From Lama guanicoe (Eukaryota), in assembly GCA_013239625.1 (NCBI GenBank), contig MU053652.1, positions 1,178,001 through 1,242,000 of the forward strand: DNA of 64,000 bases, given 5' to 3'. Shown piece after piece: positions 49,518 through 61,660 of this stretch. Position 1 is the first letter of the stretch; each line of letters starts with the position of its first letter. The position numbers and the translations under genes were made by a program. The notes beneath the pieces were generated by a model. The model was given only the letters and a program-made list of their open reading frames with translations, searched no databases and was not told the DNA's origin.

Positions 49518-50230
49518 GAATTTCATCGAATTGAAGATGTCATCGATTTTAAGAAGCATTGTATATGGTCTACCCCTAAGAAAGAAATTGCTGCAAATAA
49601 TAACACAGTAGTTTATCTCTTAGTATTTTCTCATTGAAAGAGCTCAGTAAGACTGACGTTGAATTGTTAAAAACATCACATGTGTGTTCATAAAAAGGAA
49701 AATGTAAGCAAAATAAGTAGATTAAGGAAGTGTTGTCAACTGTGGGAGATTTTGATTTCCAGGGGACATATGACAATGTCTGGAGACATTTTTGGCTGTC
49801 ACAACTTGTTAGGTGTTGTTGGCATCTAGTGGGTAGAGGCCAGGGATGCTGCTAAACATTCTGTAATGCACAGGATAAACCTGAACCATCCCTGCCTCCA
49901 ACACACAAAAAACAAAGAAGAATTATCTGGCTCAAAATGTCTATAGTGCTGATCGTGAGAAACCCAGGGTTAAGGGACTCTCAAAACCTGTTCACACTGA
50001 GTCTAATTTTTCTGAATCACGCTGTGACTCAGGGTCTTGATGTCCGTGTTTTTCCACGCAGTATCATCGTTCTGTGGAGACACAGCATTCCTTCAGTGAT
50101 TGCTCTGCTGTTGTTCCTGGGATTTTTCCAGGCTGCTGACACCAGTTTTGTGAATTTTGTTGCTTGTGCGCAAGCTATGACAACTGTGCAGGACCGCTGC
50201 CTGGCAGATGACGAGTGTGAGATGCTTTTG
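49518..50230 (-). mobile_element. Second Tigger13a-like fossil, split by MER20
   Basis: The end ATTTCATCGAATTGAAGATGTCATCGATTTTAAGAAGCA resembles the recalled terminus. After the MER20, the minus strand reads ...ATKFTKLVSAAWK..., homologous to the transposase remnant at 23959-24084. Confidence 0.75.
49728..49967 (+). mobile_element. MER20 (hAT-Charlie MITE) with 8-bp TSD
   Basis: CAATGTCTGGAGACATTTTTGGCTGTCACAAC...GGCATCTAGTGGGTAGAGGCCAGGGATGCTGCTAAACAT...GAGAAACCC. Flanks are GATTAAGG (49720-49727) and GGTTAAGG (49968-49975). Confidence 0.93.
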
Positions 50231-52451
50231 GGCGTGTGGACATGTGGATGAACAGGGTCCTGAAAGTGTTTTTCATCAATATAGCCCATATACGCTCTGG
50301 ACCATTATGGTCTCTGTTAGGTTGGAATTGATTTCTTAAGTGTCTGCCTCATCTCCCACCTCATTCAGAAGCCGTTTTACAGCATCTCTGACTGGTAGTG
50401 CCACACACATTCACACCGCATTCAGAAATCATTTAAACAGAAGATAACTTGATTAGGCCATTTACAGTTTACCTGAACTCCTTTAAGTCTCCACTTCCTT
50501 AAATCTAAGATGCAGAGGTGGCCTAATTAAAAGTTACTTTTGAGGAGAGGGTTTCTATTAGGGCACAGTGATGATGCAGTTAATTGTAAGCACTATGACT
50601 GTTGTTAGGTTCCCGTTTCTAAAACACATTTACACGTGGAATCTCAGTTCAGCTTCTCTTAGATCTGATTCTGCTTTATGAGAATCTTGAGTGCTTTGAT
50701 GTTCACCCTTCCTCCCCCCAAAAGTCACTGACATAATATTAGTACACACACTAAAATTGTTGGGTCTAATTTGCAATCACAGTTTGGCTTATCACAACAT
50801 CTAATGGATGGAATAGTTGGTGTATTGGGAGTCAGGAGCAATTAAATGCCCTGTCGGCAGTCTGTTTTTGCTGCGCTACTGTATGGCGTGTTTTGGATTA
50901 TAGCTGATCACGATGCGCTGTAACTATAGCAGGTCAGCATAGCGTGGACACAGTATGCCACAGTTTGAGTATAGACTTAAAATGTGATTTACTTCTCCTG
51001 TGCCCTCCCTCCAAAAGTCAGTCTCTGACAACAAGAAAAATGTGACTGTTTCTGATCTCTGACCTTTGGCATTTGAATTTCACCTCTATACCTATAAAGG
51101 CAAGTGAAAGTGTTTCAGTTTTAATAACCTTTTCCAAGAAACCAAGAAGGGGAATAGCTACTTGATGTTGTAACTAGCTGTGCTTCAACTAAGATTATTT
51201 GCTTGCTGTTTTTAGGTGCACATTAGTTGAGATGTTACCCCATTTTTAATTACTTGGAAAATTACATTAGATCTGTGAGACTCAAAATAATTAATTTGGT
51301 TTAATAAGTGGTTTAAGAAATTAGTCATAAATTTCTTCAGCTGTGTGGGTAAGTTAGAGTATAGCACAGTCCATTTATTTTTCCATTTATCACATCAAAT
51401 AAGGGCTTATGTCACTAAAAGCTACAAACTTGTTTGTGCTTTTTAATTTCTCACAGTAAAGGTGACATTTATAGGAATGGTACTGTCATTTAAATCTGTT
51501 ATATATAATAATTCATTTAAATTTTATTATTAGATATTATCTGCCTTTGGAGGAAAAAGCTGAAAAAGAAAGGAGGAAAAGAATCCAATAGAGAAAAACA
51601 ATGTTTTGGGAGTTAGCATCACATCAAAAATATTTAATGTAAGAAATAATTTATCTAGCATGGTGTCTTTCTAGTAAACCCTAACAAATATTTGTTCAAT
51701 TGAATGACTGAATGAATCATTAGGACTAGAAAATCTTGACAGTCTCCTAGGAAGGGCAGTCTGCTCCATATACATGAACATATACATTCTACATTATGTT
51801 AAAAGCAAAAATTATGCTTTTAAAAATCAGACATTAGCCGGAGACTACAGATACTAGATACTTGTCTTACAAATCTTTGTTTTAAATTAGTGTAGTGTTT
51901 AACATTATTTTCTAGTTGTAGTCACAAATTACACAGTTGTTATGAAATTACATACCTTCAACCTATAGGTAATCTCTAGATAGATAGTGATTTAAAAAAA
52001 AACGCCTTTCAGGAAACAAGCTCTATTGATCACTAATATTTATCAATGGCTTTTATCATGAAAATGTAGTTTTAAAGTGACCTTAAAGATCAGTTGTCAG
52101 TTAATATTTTCTCATGGCACTCAGCAAAACTGTCATAGGCAATGAATCTCACTTCTAATTTACAAATATTTGCAAGGAAGGTGATTACAGAAGTTTGAGT
52201 TGTGACCCCTCGGTGGCATACACCTGATGTCCAGGTATAACCTGTACCACCCTGCTGTGATGTCAGCATATTTCCCTGAGTCTGGGTCCCATAGGCGTAG
52301 TGGGCAGTTGGTTGGCATTATTTACAAACTATTTCTTTATGTGCTGTAACATTTAAGAGATCATTCTGTTGTGTAAATGTCCCAATATATTAGGTTAATT
52401 TTCTGTTAACGTCATTGAAGCTATTTTTTTTTTTTCAAGTGCACATGTTGA

Positions 52452-52569
52452 GGGGGAAGGGGTATAGCTCAGTGGCTGAGTGCATGCCTAGCATGCATGA
52501 GATCCTGGGTTCAATCCCCAGTACCTCCATAAATAAATAAATAAACAAACAAATAAAACAAATAAAAAA
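52452..52569 (+). mobile_element. tRNA-derived camelid-type SINE (Vic-1-like), short form
   Basis: GGGGTATAGCTCAGTGG (A box), TGCATGCCTAGCATGCATGAG, GGTTCAATCCC (B box), CAGTACCTCC, then an (AAAT)n/(AAAC)n tail. Confidence 0.88.
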
Positions 52570-54064
52570 GTTGTGTTTCTGTGATTTTATTCCTATACTT
52601 TTCTGTTTCATTCTGTTTAAAAGTGAAGACCTAACTCATTTTGAATGTAACAGGAAGAGCCCATCCTCCACCTAGTACTTTTCACTGGAAGATGATTGGA
52701 AGTGCTGTGTATGTACTAGGTATTGGAATCTCTTGCCATCTGCTACTTTCATCTTTTTTCTTTCAAGTGGCACTCTCCTATTTTTAATAGAGACACTGCT
52801 TTCTATAACCAATAGTTACAGAAGGTTGGATTATCCAGTTTGTGTTTTATTCACATCTCTTTACTTCTTTTTCTAAATCCAATTTTCTTTCCTATTGATG
52901 TTATGCTGTTGTAGACTCCTACCCTGAATTCTGTTTGAGAAGCTATTTTTACATGGTAGGAATATTAAACCTGGAAAGTCAGAATCAATCAAGCATGCCA
53001 CAGAAATCTGTAACTTTTTTTTTTATTGGTTGTAATAACAACTGTGATGTTCAACCACTTCTTGTTCAAATGTTTCTTTTGACAGTAATTACAGTGTTTT
53101 CTCTCATGAAGCAAGTGTTTTAAAGTAATTTGTGCCCAAGTTGGTTTCTGTACTTGGAAGTTTCTAGGAATTGGTTTCTGAGTGTTCCATAGTTGTAGGA
53201 GTTCTTGTTGAAGTTTCTCCATTACCCAGAACAATCTCAGGGGGAGCAGGGGTTGTAATGTACTCTATAAAACGTAGACTATTTTTAAATCTATTTTTAA
53301 ACTATTAATATTTCTTGTCAGTGTTGTCACTGTTTTATAAAAACAGATGACTCAAATAGACATATGTACAGTTTTTCAGCCAGCAGTAGAAGCAGGACTT
53401 GAATGCCCTGCACAGCTCTGCACTCTACTGCTGAGATGATAGAATCATTGTCTCTCATCACCCTGTAAACATTTATTCAGAGGGAACTGGACAGGGAACT
53501 ACGATACAAAGCTGATTCAAGGGCCATCTGGTTATAGTCAGGACTAGGGATTTAGAGCTCTGTCAGTCCTGCTCCACTCCTTTCCCTTCCTGGAAACCTG
53601 GGAATCATCCTTACAGGCTCTAGTGCTAATTAGGGCTTAGCTTGAGAAACGTCTGGTCAGGATAACTTTCTCTCATATGGGGATGCTGTGTGTGTGTGAG
53701 GAATAGCCTTCTCTTCTAGATAGCATTTGTTGGATAGACTCAGTTTTGTTTCCATTTTAGAAGGTGAGTGGGCAGTGGCCTGACGTCCATTTCCTTGAGC
53801 CTGGATGTCCACATTTATGGACACTGGTTCGCAAAGGCTGGGCCTTCCCCTTCCTCAGTCTGGGTCTCCTGGGAGCCACCTGCTGATCCTTCGCTGGTCC
53901 TGAGTGCCATGTTAGAGGGAGTGTAGCAGGATGTGAGGTTCTTCTCTGGTGGTTCACTCTGGCAACAGTGGAGAAATACGCAGAGAGGGTCCTCCCTTTC
54001 CTCTCTGACCTTAACAGCTTTGTCAGTAGAGCTTCGAGCTGAAAAGGTGTGCTGGCAACGTAGC

Positions 54065-54150
54065 TACCTTACCTAAGGAAAGTATTGCAAATAATAAGTA
54101 ATAATAAATAACATATAAATAATGAATAATAATATATATAACAATAATAT
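54065..54150 (+). repeat. Copy 1 of a dispersed duplication of about 85 bp (copy 2 at 56354-56438)
   Basis: TACCTTACCTAAGGAAAGTA...AATAAGTAATAATAAATAA...ATATAAATAATGAATAATAATATATATAACAATAATAT is present in both places. Confidence 0.93.
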
Positions 54151-54489
54151 CTTAGCATTATAATATTTCCAAACATTGACACATTTTCATGTTTAAGTAA
54201 TATCTGCCCCCCCGCCCCCGCTTTCCTGGTTGGAGAAGACCGTTATAAAGAGAGTAGCTCGTCTTAAGTTTCTGATAATTTATTGAGAGAATCCATATTC
54301 TTTTGCATCCTGTTCTTATCCAGAGCAGCTCTTATTTGTCTTTGATGAAAACTTTCCTCACAGGTCATAGCTGACATACACATAGAACATACACACTGAG
54401 ATCATATTATGCTATGAGAACCATTTCAGAGTACAGGACTCATATGCCCAACTGAAATGAAAAAATTAAAAAAAATAGGTGTTGGATTC

Positions 54490-54692
54490 TTGTATTTACT
54501 GCATGTTCAGTGCCGTTCTGAGCCCTTTATGTGTTTTAACTCATTTCATCCTCATACCACCTCTCTTATCTCCACATTATAAATGAGGAAAATGAGAGAG
54601 AAAGAAACTTGCTCAAGGTCATATCTCTGTTAAGTGGTGGGTCTGGGATTTGAACCCAGGTCTGTGAAGTTCATGCACTTCACCATCCTGCA
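54490..54692 (-). mobile_element. MIR SINE
   Basis: TAACTCATTTCATCCTCATACCACC...ATGAGGAAAATGAG...AACTTGCTCAAGGTCATA...GGGATTTGAACCCAGGTCTG. Confidence 0.88.
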
Positions 54693-56353
54693 ATATTCTG
54701 TATGTATTGGGAATACTCTTTTTAAAGTTTTTCATTTCCTATGTGGGAAGGAGTAACAAGCATTTACTTGGACTTTTACCTCTAAACCATTAGTAAATAA
54801 AAGATCTCTTGGAAATGACCTCTGTTGTGTGCTACTCATTACATTAGATCTGTGCAGCTGTCCTGGATGGTATTTTTAAAACTTCATGTATCTTAGGACC
54901 AAAATCTTTTGAGAATTTTGAAGTTAATATTCTTTGTTCACATTGGCTGTAACTTACTATTAAATGCTTGTTTGTGTGCACATTTTCAGTGATGGTGGCA
55001 GTTTGAATTTCTTGTTAACTTAAGACTGGGGTGTTTTTCTTAATAGCACAGCAGGGGCAGGGTGTGTGGAAGCAGATGGTGCCCTGTCTCATGGACTTTA
55101 GAGATGAGTGGCTGCGCCCCATCAGTGAGGCAAATGTGTGCCCAGTATTGTTCTTTGGAGTTCAGTGGAGCAGTTGGGCCCGTCCGTTGTGCAGGAAGCG
55201 AGGAGCAATAAAGAGACACAGCATTTACTTTAATAGATGATTGTGAAGTGGAAATTATTTTGCATTTCTCCTTCTATATTCATCCTTAGCTTTTTTTTTT
55301 TTAAGAGACTTTAACTCATTTTCTTATTTTGTATTGGTTGTCTTGCTTGATGTGTTGGGTTTGGTTTGTAGTATTTATTTGCCTTTTGTATGATAAAGGT
55401 ATTTTGATAAGCCATCACATTTAGTCCACAAATCCACATATTTTTAAATCAATTAAAAAAAATCTAGCTAGTGGGACAGTGTGCCTTTGAGCAGAAATAT
55501 GGAATTTCTCCACTGAGTAATGTGCAGCTAGCACTGGGGTAATTTATTAGTTATATACTGTTTACAGCTACTTCCTTACGCAAACACTGTGTAGTTCCTC
55601 CAGGCTGAAACCATTTTATTTGGAAAATTTTAAAGTTACTGCATTAAAATGATTTTAGTATGATTTTTGGCATCAAGTATAAAAATAGGCATTAACCATG
55701 TAAAGTTTCAATCAATGATTTAGATTGAAGTTCCTTCACAACTTCTTAGAATGGATCTCTTAAATCCTTTGTGGCACCAATTTGTGGATGATGATTAGAG
55801 TAAAACAAAAATTCTTTACAAATCCATAGATTATAGTTTTGCTTTTCTGACAGGTTGGTGGATTAAAACCAAATCAGAACAAAACCGAAAAAAGTTAATT
55901 GAACCCAATAATTTAATATGGGAAATGTCTGTTTATTTAAAAACCATTACCCAGCTGTTTCTGCAATTTTTATTATTGCTACAGAACGTGGTAGGTTTGA
56001 CTTAGAAAGGTCATTCCTCAGACTGCTGAAAATATATTAAAAAATTTACGAAAGATATATATGTATCTATTGAAATTCAGATAATACACAAGCATAAAAA
56101 GTTAGTCATCTTTCCCCCTCCCTCCCCTCCATCATCCTTCTCTTCCCCCCATAAAGTCATTCACACATTTTACTATAGGAGAAATGTATTCTTAACAATG
56201 TTTTATATAGTATTTTTTTTACAAAATGAATTTGAAGTACTAATGTTGTATAAGTTGCTTTTTTCCTCCCCCTGTGGTCCTCTTCCTATGTACTGTATAT
56301 GCAGATCTTGAGTAGAGTTTAAATCTGATAATATATACCATATAGGAAAACTT

Positions 56354-56438
56354 TACCTTACCTAAGGAAAGTAATGTGAATAAGTAATAATAAATAATAT
56401 ATATAAATAATGAATAATAATATATATAACAATAATAT
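56354..56438 (+). repeat. Copy 2 of the dispersed duplication of about 85 bp
   Basis: Same sequence as 54065-54150. This copy abuts the tail of a minus-strand MIR. Confidence 0.93.
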
Positions 56439-56439
56439 A

Positions 56440-56680
56440 TAGTAATAGCTAACAGGTTTTGAACACTTCGTTTGTCCCAAGCACTAGTCCAGGTACTTTG
56501 CACATAATGATCCTTTAATCCTCACAGCAATCCTAAGAGGCAGGGTCTGATCTGCTGGTACCCTCACTTCATAGATGAGGTGGCTGAAGCACAGATTCAC
56601 ACTGGCTTACAGTCACATATCTGGAACATACAGGAGTTGGGACTTGAACCCAACCAGTCTGGAAACTGAAGCCACACTCA
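56440..56680 (-). mobile_element. MIR SINE
   Basis: TAATAGCTAACA...TTTAATCCTCACAGCAATCCTAAGAGG...ATAGATGAGG...GGGACTTGAACCCA. Confidence 0.85.
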
Positions 56681-57329
56681 TCATCAGTCTGCTAGATGGT
56701 ATCTCAGAGGCTAAATTGTTTTCTGGTCTAGCAGTGATGTTACCTGTTATATGTTAGTCTGAATGCTCTATCTGAGGCTCTTTTGATGTGATTTACTGAA
56801 GATTTGTGTTTTTCAGGTTTTGTTATAGTCAATTTTGCCTTGTTTGTGGAGCTCATTAAATAAGGAATTTAGTTTTGAAAAGATTTCACATTGAAGGGAC
56901 TTCTGGGGTATTTTTTTTTTAATTCACATGACTATATTTTGAAATAAAACTGTCAAAATACTGTCAAATAGTAGATGAAAATTAATATTTCTGTAGATTT
57001 TGCTGTAAAATGTTGGAAATAGTGTTTTTCTTTATGAATATACCTGTCAGTTGCACAATTAAGTTTTTATAGACTTAAAGAGAAGGAGCTGAAACTATTG
57101 TCCAAATGAGTTTCTGTAACTTAACTTGTTTATACAGCTCCAGGTAGATTTGACTTATAAAGCACTTTCCTCAAACAACTGAAAACTTGGGTGTAAGTCT
57201 AACAAGTTGAGAGTAACGTGTCAGAATTTTGACTATTTCTTACTCCCTCCTTTGTGCCTTTCAGTCTTTACTTTGAGAATATATTGCAAATTTATTTCTC
57301 TCACCATTTCCATCCCTACTTAGTCTAAG

Positions 57330-57562
57330 CAGTTGATTCTCAACCAGGGGAGATTTTCTCCTCTCCCCCTGCATCCCGCCTCCATGGGACATTTGGCCAC
57401 ATCGAGAGATCTTTAAGGCTGTCAGAACTTGGAGGATGCTACTGGCATCTCGTGGGTGGAGGCCAGGGATGCTATTAAACATCCTGCAGTGCACAGGACA
57501 GCCTCCCACAACAAAGAATTGTTTTTTCCAAATGTCAGTAGTGCTGAGGTTGAGAAACCCTG
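57330..57562 (+). mobile_element. MER20 (hAT-Charlie MITE), full length
   Basis: Terminal inverted repeats CAGTTGATTCTCAACC and GGTTGAGAAACCCTG, with core GGAGGCCAGGGATGCTATTAAACATCCTGCAGTGCACAGGACAGCC. TCTAAG on both flanks is a partial TSD. Confidence 0.95.
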
Positions 57563-57913
57563 TCTAAGCCATTATCATTTTTCACTTGAACTATTACAAA
57601 GTCTCCATGCAGGGAGGCAGTCCTGTCCCCCAGATCCTGCTCTCCACAAAGCAGTGTTAGTGTGCTTTTAAAAAATGCATTTGGAATCTTGGCAGTTTCT
57701 TTGCTTAAAATCCTTTAATGGCTTTTCATTAGATTTATTGTAAAATCCAGATATTTCCCTTGATCTTCTGGTCCTCGGCTGCCCTTGATGTTTATATGCT
57801 CACATCTCACCTCTTACCACCTTCCCGTGGAGCATAGCAGCTGCAGCAGCTGCCAGACTTGTTTGTGCCTACGTGTGTAGCTCTTTGCCTAGAATACTTG
57901 TATTCCAAATTTT

Positions 57914-58060
57914 TTTAAATGAATTTCTTAAAAAAATTTTTTTTGACAGAGGAGGCAACTAAGTTTGTTTATTTTAAATGGAGGTACTGGGGATTGAACC
58001 CAGCACCTTGCTCATGCTGAGCACGCACTCTACCACTGAGATTTGCTTTCCCCCAATCCC
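57914..58060 (-). mobile_element. tRNA-derived camelid-type SINE (Vic-1-like) with 13-bp TSD
   Basis: ATGGAGGTACTGGGGATTGAACCCAG...CATGCTGAGCACGCACTCTACCACTGAG. Flanks are TATTCCAAATTTT (57901-57913) and TATTCCACATTTT (58062-58074). Confidence 0.88.
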
Positions 58061-60639
58061 ATATTCCACATTTTGTGTGCCTGCCTCCCTCATACTGTTT
58101 AGGGTTCTTCTCAAATAATCCCACAGAGAGGCTCTTACTGATTGCTTTATCTAAAGGTTCTTTCCTGTCCTCTCAATCTAGCTATCCTTTCTCTGCTTCA
58201 TTTCTTCATAGCACTGTATCTGTTTATTGATTGTCTCCTCTGCTGGATTATAAAGGTCTACCAAAGCCAAAACTCATTGTCTGTCATACAGTAAGTGTCA
58301 ACAAGAATGCGTTAGTAAATCACAGTAAAATTTTATGGTCGTGGTAAATAGATTAAAAGAAACAGAATTTGTCCAAAAGGAAAAACAGGCGGGAGCATCA
58401 TCACAGGGCTGCAGCAGCTACCAGTTAATGATTACCTACCGTTTGCCAGGCGCTGTGCTGGTAAATTTGTGTATATTGGCTCTGAACTTGCTAGGAGCCT
58501 TCTGACGAGTCCTACCTTAGCCTGCGTGCTGGCCTGTAAGATGACGCACCTCAGATTTCCCTGGAATCCAAAGCAGGGTGACCTCCCCACCAACCCAGGG
58601 AGCAAATGGATGTGGTTGGTGTCTCTGCTCACTGTGGGTTTATTCTATAGTCAGAACGCAGCTGGGTGAGGCTAAATCCCTTGCCCAAGACTGTGTTACT
58701 GACAAAAGCCAGCCTTGGAGTCAAGCCCAGTTCTCTTTCTCTCCCAGCCCAAGACTCTTTCCCAGCATTTCTTCAAGTTTTCCTGGTTCTGAACAGCTGC
58801 AGTTCATGTCTTCCCTTCTAGTAGGCTTAGCTGGCTTCCACTTTTGATATGGGGACTGCATTTTGAACTCCAGAGGCAATAGTTTGTTTGGTGTCAAGTG
58901 ATTTGGGCAAAAATACTATTTTCCATCTTGTCCTGAGGCAGTTGCTTAGTCAACAGTATCTAAAAGTGAAAACGGACTTTATGAGAATATAGTGTGGGTT
59001 TTGGACTATTTTTATTAGCAACCAAAAACATACTCAAAATTTGTAACTATAAACATGTAAACTATATAAACTATATACTGTGTTGTTCATTCATATGTAC
59101 AGGAGACTGACCTGGATGTGGTTTGTCTCAGTCTTTGAGCCTTGAATATTGGGACACATGTCAAGAAGCCTATGGCTCTGGCCATGTACCTCTCTCTAGT
59201 TCCCATGAACCCTGTTGAGGGTGACCAGTTTTCCTTTGAACATGTGGTGCTTTAAGTTCAAGAGGAGCCCAGAGTCACATGGATTTGCACCTGTTACCTG
59301 GTGTGGTGAGAGTTTTTGGTTGAAACCTGAGGGAACATCTCTTCCCTTATTCTGCTTTCCTTGGCCGTCCTGCCTCCTAGGAGTCACTGCCTACTCAAGG
59401 TGCCAGGGGAGGCAAAAGCCCGGGGTGGCTGGTGGTGGCAGATTGTTCTGAATTTCAACTTTCCGGATTATTTTGTTAGTTAACACTGTCCTGTGCGTCA
59501 TGCTTTCTTGTATTTATCCTCCCACTGCCTTTAAATGCTTTTTGTGTATTGTTTTTTTTTAAATTTTTTATTTTTTTTCATTTTCTAGCAGCTTGTCATA
59601 GAAATGACACACACTCAGCAAACTCAGCCTTCAACAGCCTTTTGCAGACAAGAACAGCACATTCACCAGTCAGGGAACAAAGTGAGAGAAAAATGAGGAA
59701 CAATATTAGAAAAGAACCCTTTGGGAAGCTGCACAAAAATGTTATATTAAAATCGATCCCAGGGCTTGACCTTTTGTGGTAGTGTATATTTTAAAGCCTT
59801 CTATTGATTCTCTTTTAATAACATGTTTATTCTAGTTTACTGACATAAGCCTAGGGAGAATACAAAAAGAAAAGAGCAAATTCTTTATCATGATGGTCAC
59901 TTGAATTTGTCTTGGGCATTTTTTATGTTTGACCAGTGTTATCTTTATGTATTTAACATATATCATTCTTTCTCAGTACAAGACTGAGAGATGTTATGAA
60001 GGTCGTAAAGTGATTTTTTAATTTACTTTTATTGAAAGTATACCTAGCCTTGCTGTTACATTTATGTCCCCCTCCACCCTTCAAATTAGAATTTCTTGCT
60101 TTTCTGCTTGTGTGTAGAAGACAGCAGAGTCTTCATTTTGATTTTTTTTTCAAATCCTGAAAACCACTGATAGTCTAAACTGCCAAGTCTGGGAACATTT
60201 GGTGATGGTTCTCTGCATAAAGACAGCCATCTTTTACTGTATAACTAGTGGCAAAATGTCAAAGAATAGGAAATCTCCATGCATGACCCTTTTGGTCACT
60301 CAGTCTTGTTTCAAAGACAGAAATATTCATTGCTTTTCGTAGTGAGGGGCCATTTGTACTTTGCTTAGGAAGGCAGTCCCCTGAAGAGTGTTGTCCAGTC
60401 ATCAGTTGACTGCGTTGTGTGCTCATCTGCAGTTTTTGTCCATTAGGAACAAAACAGGATTAATTTTCTTCCCTCATTCAGGTGATTTTTCCCAACAAAC
60501 AGATATTAAAAGGTATCTAGAACAGTAGGAAGGACCTGAAAGATACACCTGGAAAGGTTATCCTGTAAATGGCAAATTAAGTGAGATTTCTTCCTGTAGA
60601 ACTTCAAGTTAATAGGCTTGGGGGAAAAATAGCATGCTT

Positions 60640-60915
60640 GGATCTAATTTGCAGTTTTAATACAATAGTCCTGTTGTTTATGGGACATCTGATATCACAT
60701 GTTGAGAAGCCAGGCAGCAATTCCAGGAAGGCTGTAATGAATTAGAGGACATATTGAAAGGGCAAATAAATTAATCAAGAAGCTAAAAGAATCAGAAGAT
60801 TGGGAGGTATGTACTGTAGCACTGTATGGAGAAAGCTCAGCAGAGATACAGCTCGGGGTCCCTAAGGAGGTCTGGAGAGTTACTAGTTTCCCCTACCTTT
60901 GAGCCTTTAAATGTT
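60640..60915 (+). mobile_element. Possible CR1/L3 LINE remnant
   Basis: TTCCAGGAAGGCTGTAATGAATTAGAGGACATATTGAAAGGGCAAATAAATTAATCAAGAAGCT loosely follows the CR1 ORF2 C-terminal FKKDVDKLERVQRRATKMIKGL coding pattern. It is highly decayed. Confidence 0.45.
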
Positions 60916-61189
60916 GCAGGGATCTGAGTCAGCAGCAGCCATGAAAATGGCCACCTTATTGTGTCCTCTCAGGTACGCGATAAGGGGAGTTGGTTTCTGA
61001 GCACCAACTGTGTTCCGGCCACTTCTAGGATCTGTCTCTGCTTTCTTCTCCTACCATGTCCCATAGTCGATTCTCTGTTGTGGCCTGGCCTGCTTTTCTG
61101 TTGTTCTGTCATCACCTCACCTGCAGTACCCTCCTGGTCCCTCAGAATGTCTATGGGTAAAAGCAGAAGTCACCAGGCACATGGTAATA

Positions 61190-61660
61190 ATAAGTGTTTT
61201 TTCTGTTTACACTGTATAGAAAATTAGAGAAATGCAGCTAAACAAAACACAGTGAAAATTGCCACAATCCCACTAATTCACAGAAACCCATTGTAAATAT
61301 TTTGGTGCACAGGCATATGTATGTAAGGGGGAAATAACAGAAGTGGTGTCATATTGTCCCCATTGTTTTCCTGAGCTGCTTTATTTTTATCATTAAGCTA
61401 TATCATGGGCATGTTTTGTCAATAGATAATTTCATGGCAGTTCACTTCACATTTCGGTTTCCAAATAAGTGGTTCAGAAGGTTTCACTGTTATGAACACA
61501 CTGCTTTGAATATCTTTGTTATTAAATTTATACATATTCAGTATTATTTCCTTAGGGTAGATTTTTACAAGTGGAATTACTAGGTCAGAGGTTATACAGA
61601 ATATTATTACTGCCAAATTACCTTCAAGAAATTGTGCTAGTTAACTCATTACCAGTATGA
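61190..61660 (-). mobile_element. Old L1ME-like 3' fragment
   Basis: CACAATCCCACTAATTCACAGAAACCCATTGTAAATATTTTGG and ATTATTTCCTTAGGGTAGATTTTTACAAGTGGAATTACTAGGTCAGAGG. Confidence 0.8.

Larger units (their letters stand above)
57250..58320 (+). mobile_element. L2 LINE 3' fragment carrying nested MER20 and SINE
   Basis: ATTATCATTTTTCACTTGAACTATTACAA, TGCTTAAAATCCTTTAATGGCTT, TTTCTTCATAGCACT and TTGTCTCCTCTGCTGGATTATAAAG. Confidence 0.75.

Noticed and set aside
50860..50975. Possible pre-miRNA or structured RNA hairpin
   Set aside because: Only short imperfect stems were found by eye (TTATAGC/GCTGTAA). A decayed DNA-transposon end is more likely. RNAfold and conservation data would be needed to revisit this.
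52452..52530. Functional tRNA-Ala gene
   Set aside because: The acceptor stem is not restored, the head runs into an A-rich simple-repeat tail with no T-run terminator, and two further diverged copies exist in the window. It is a SINE.
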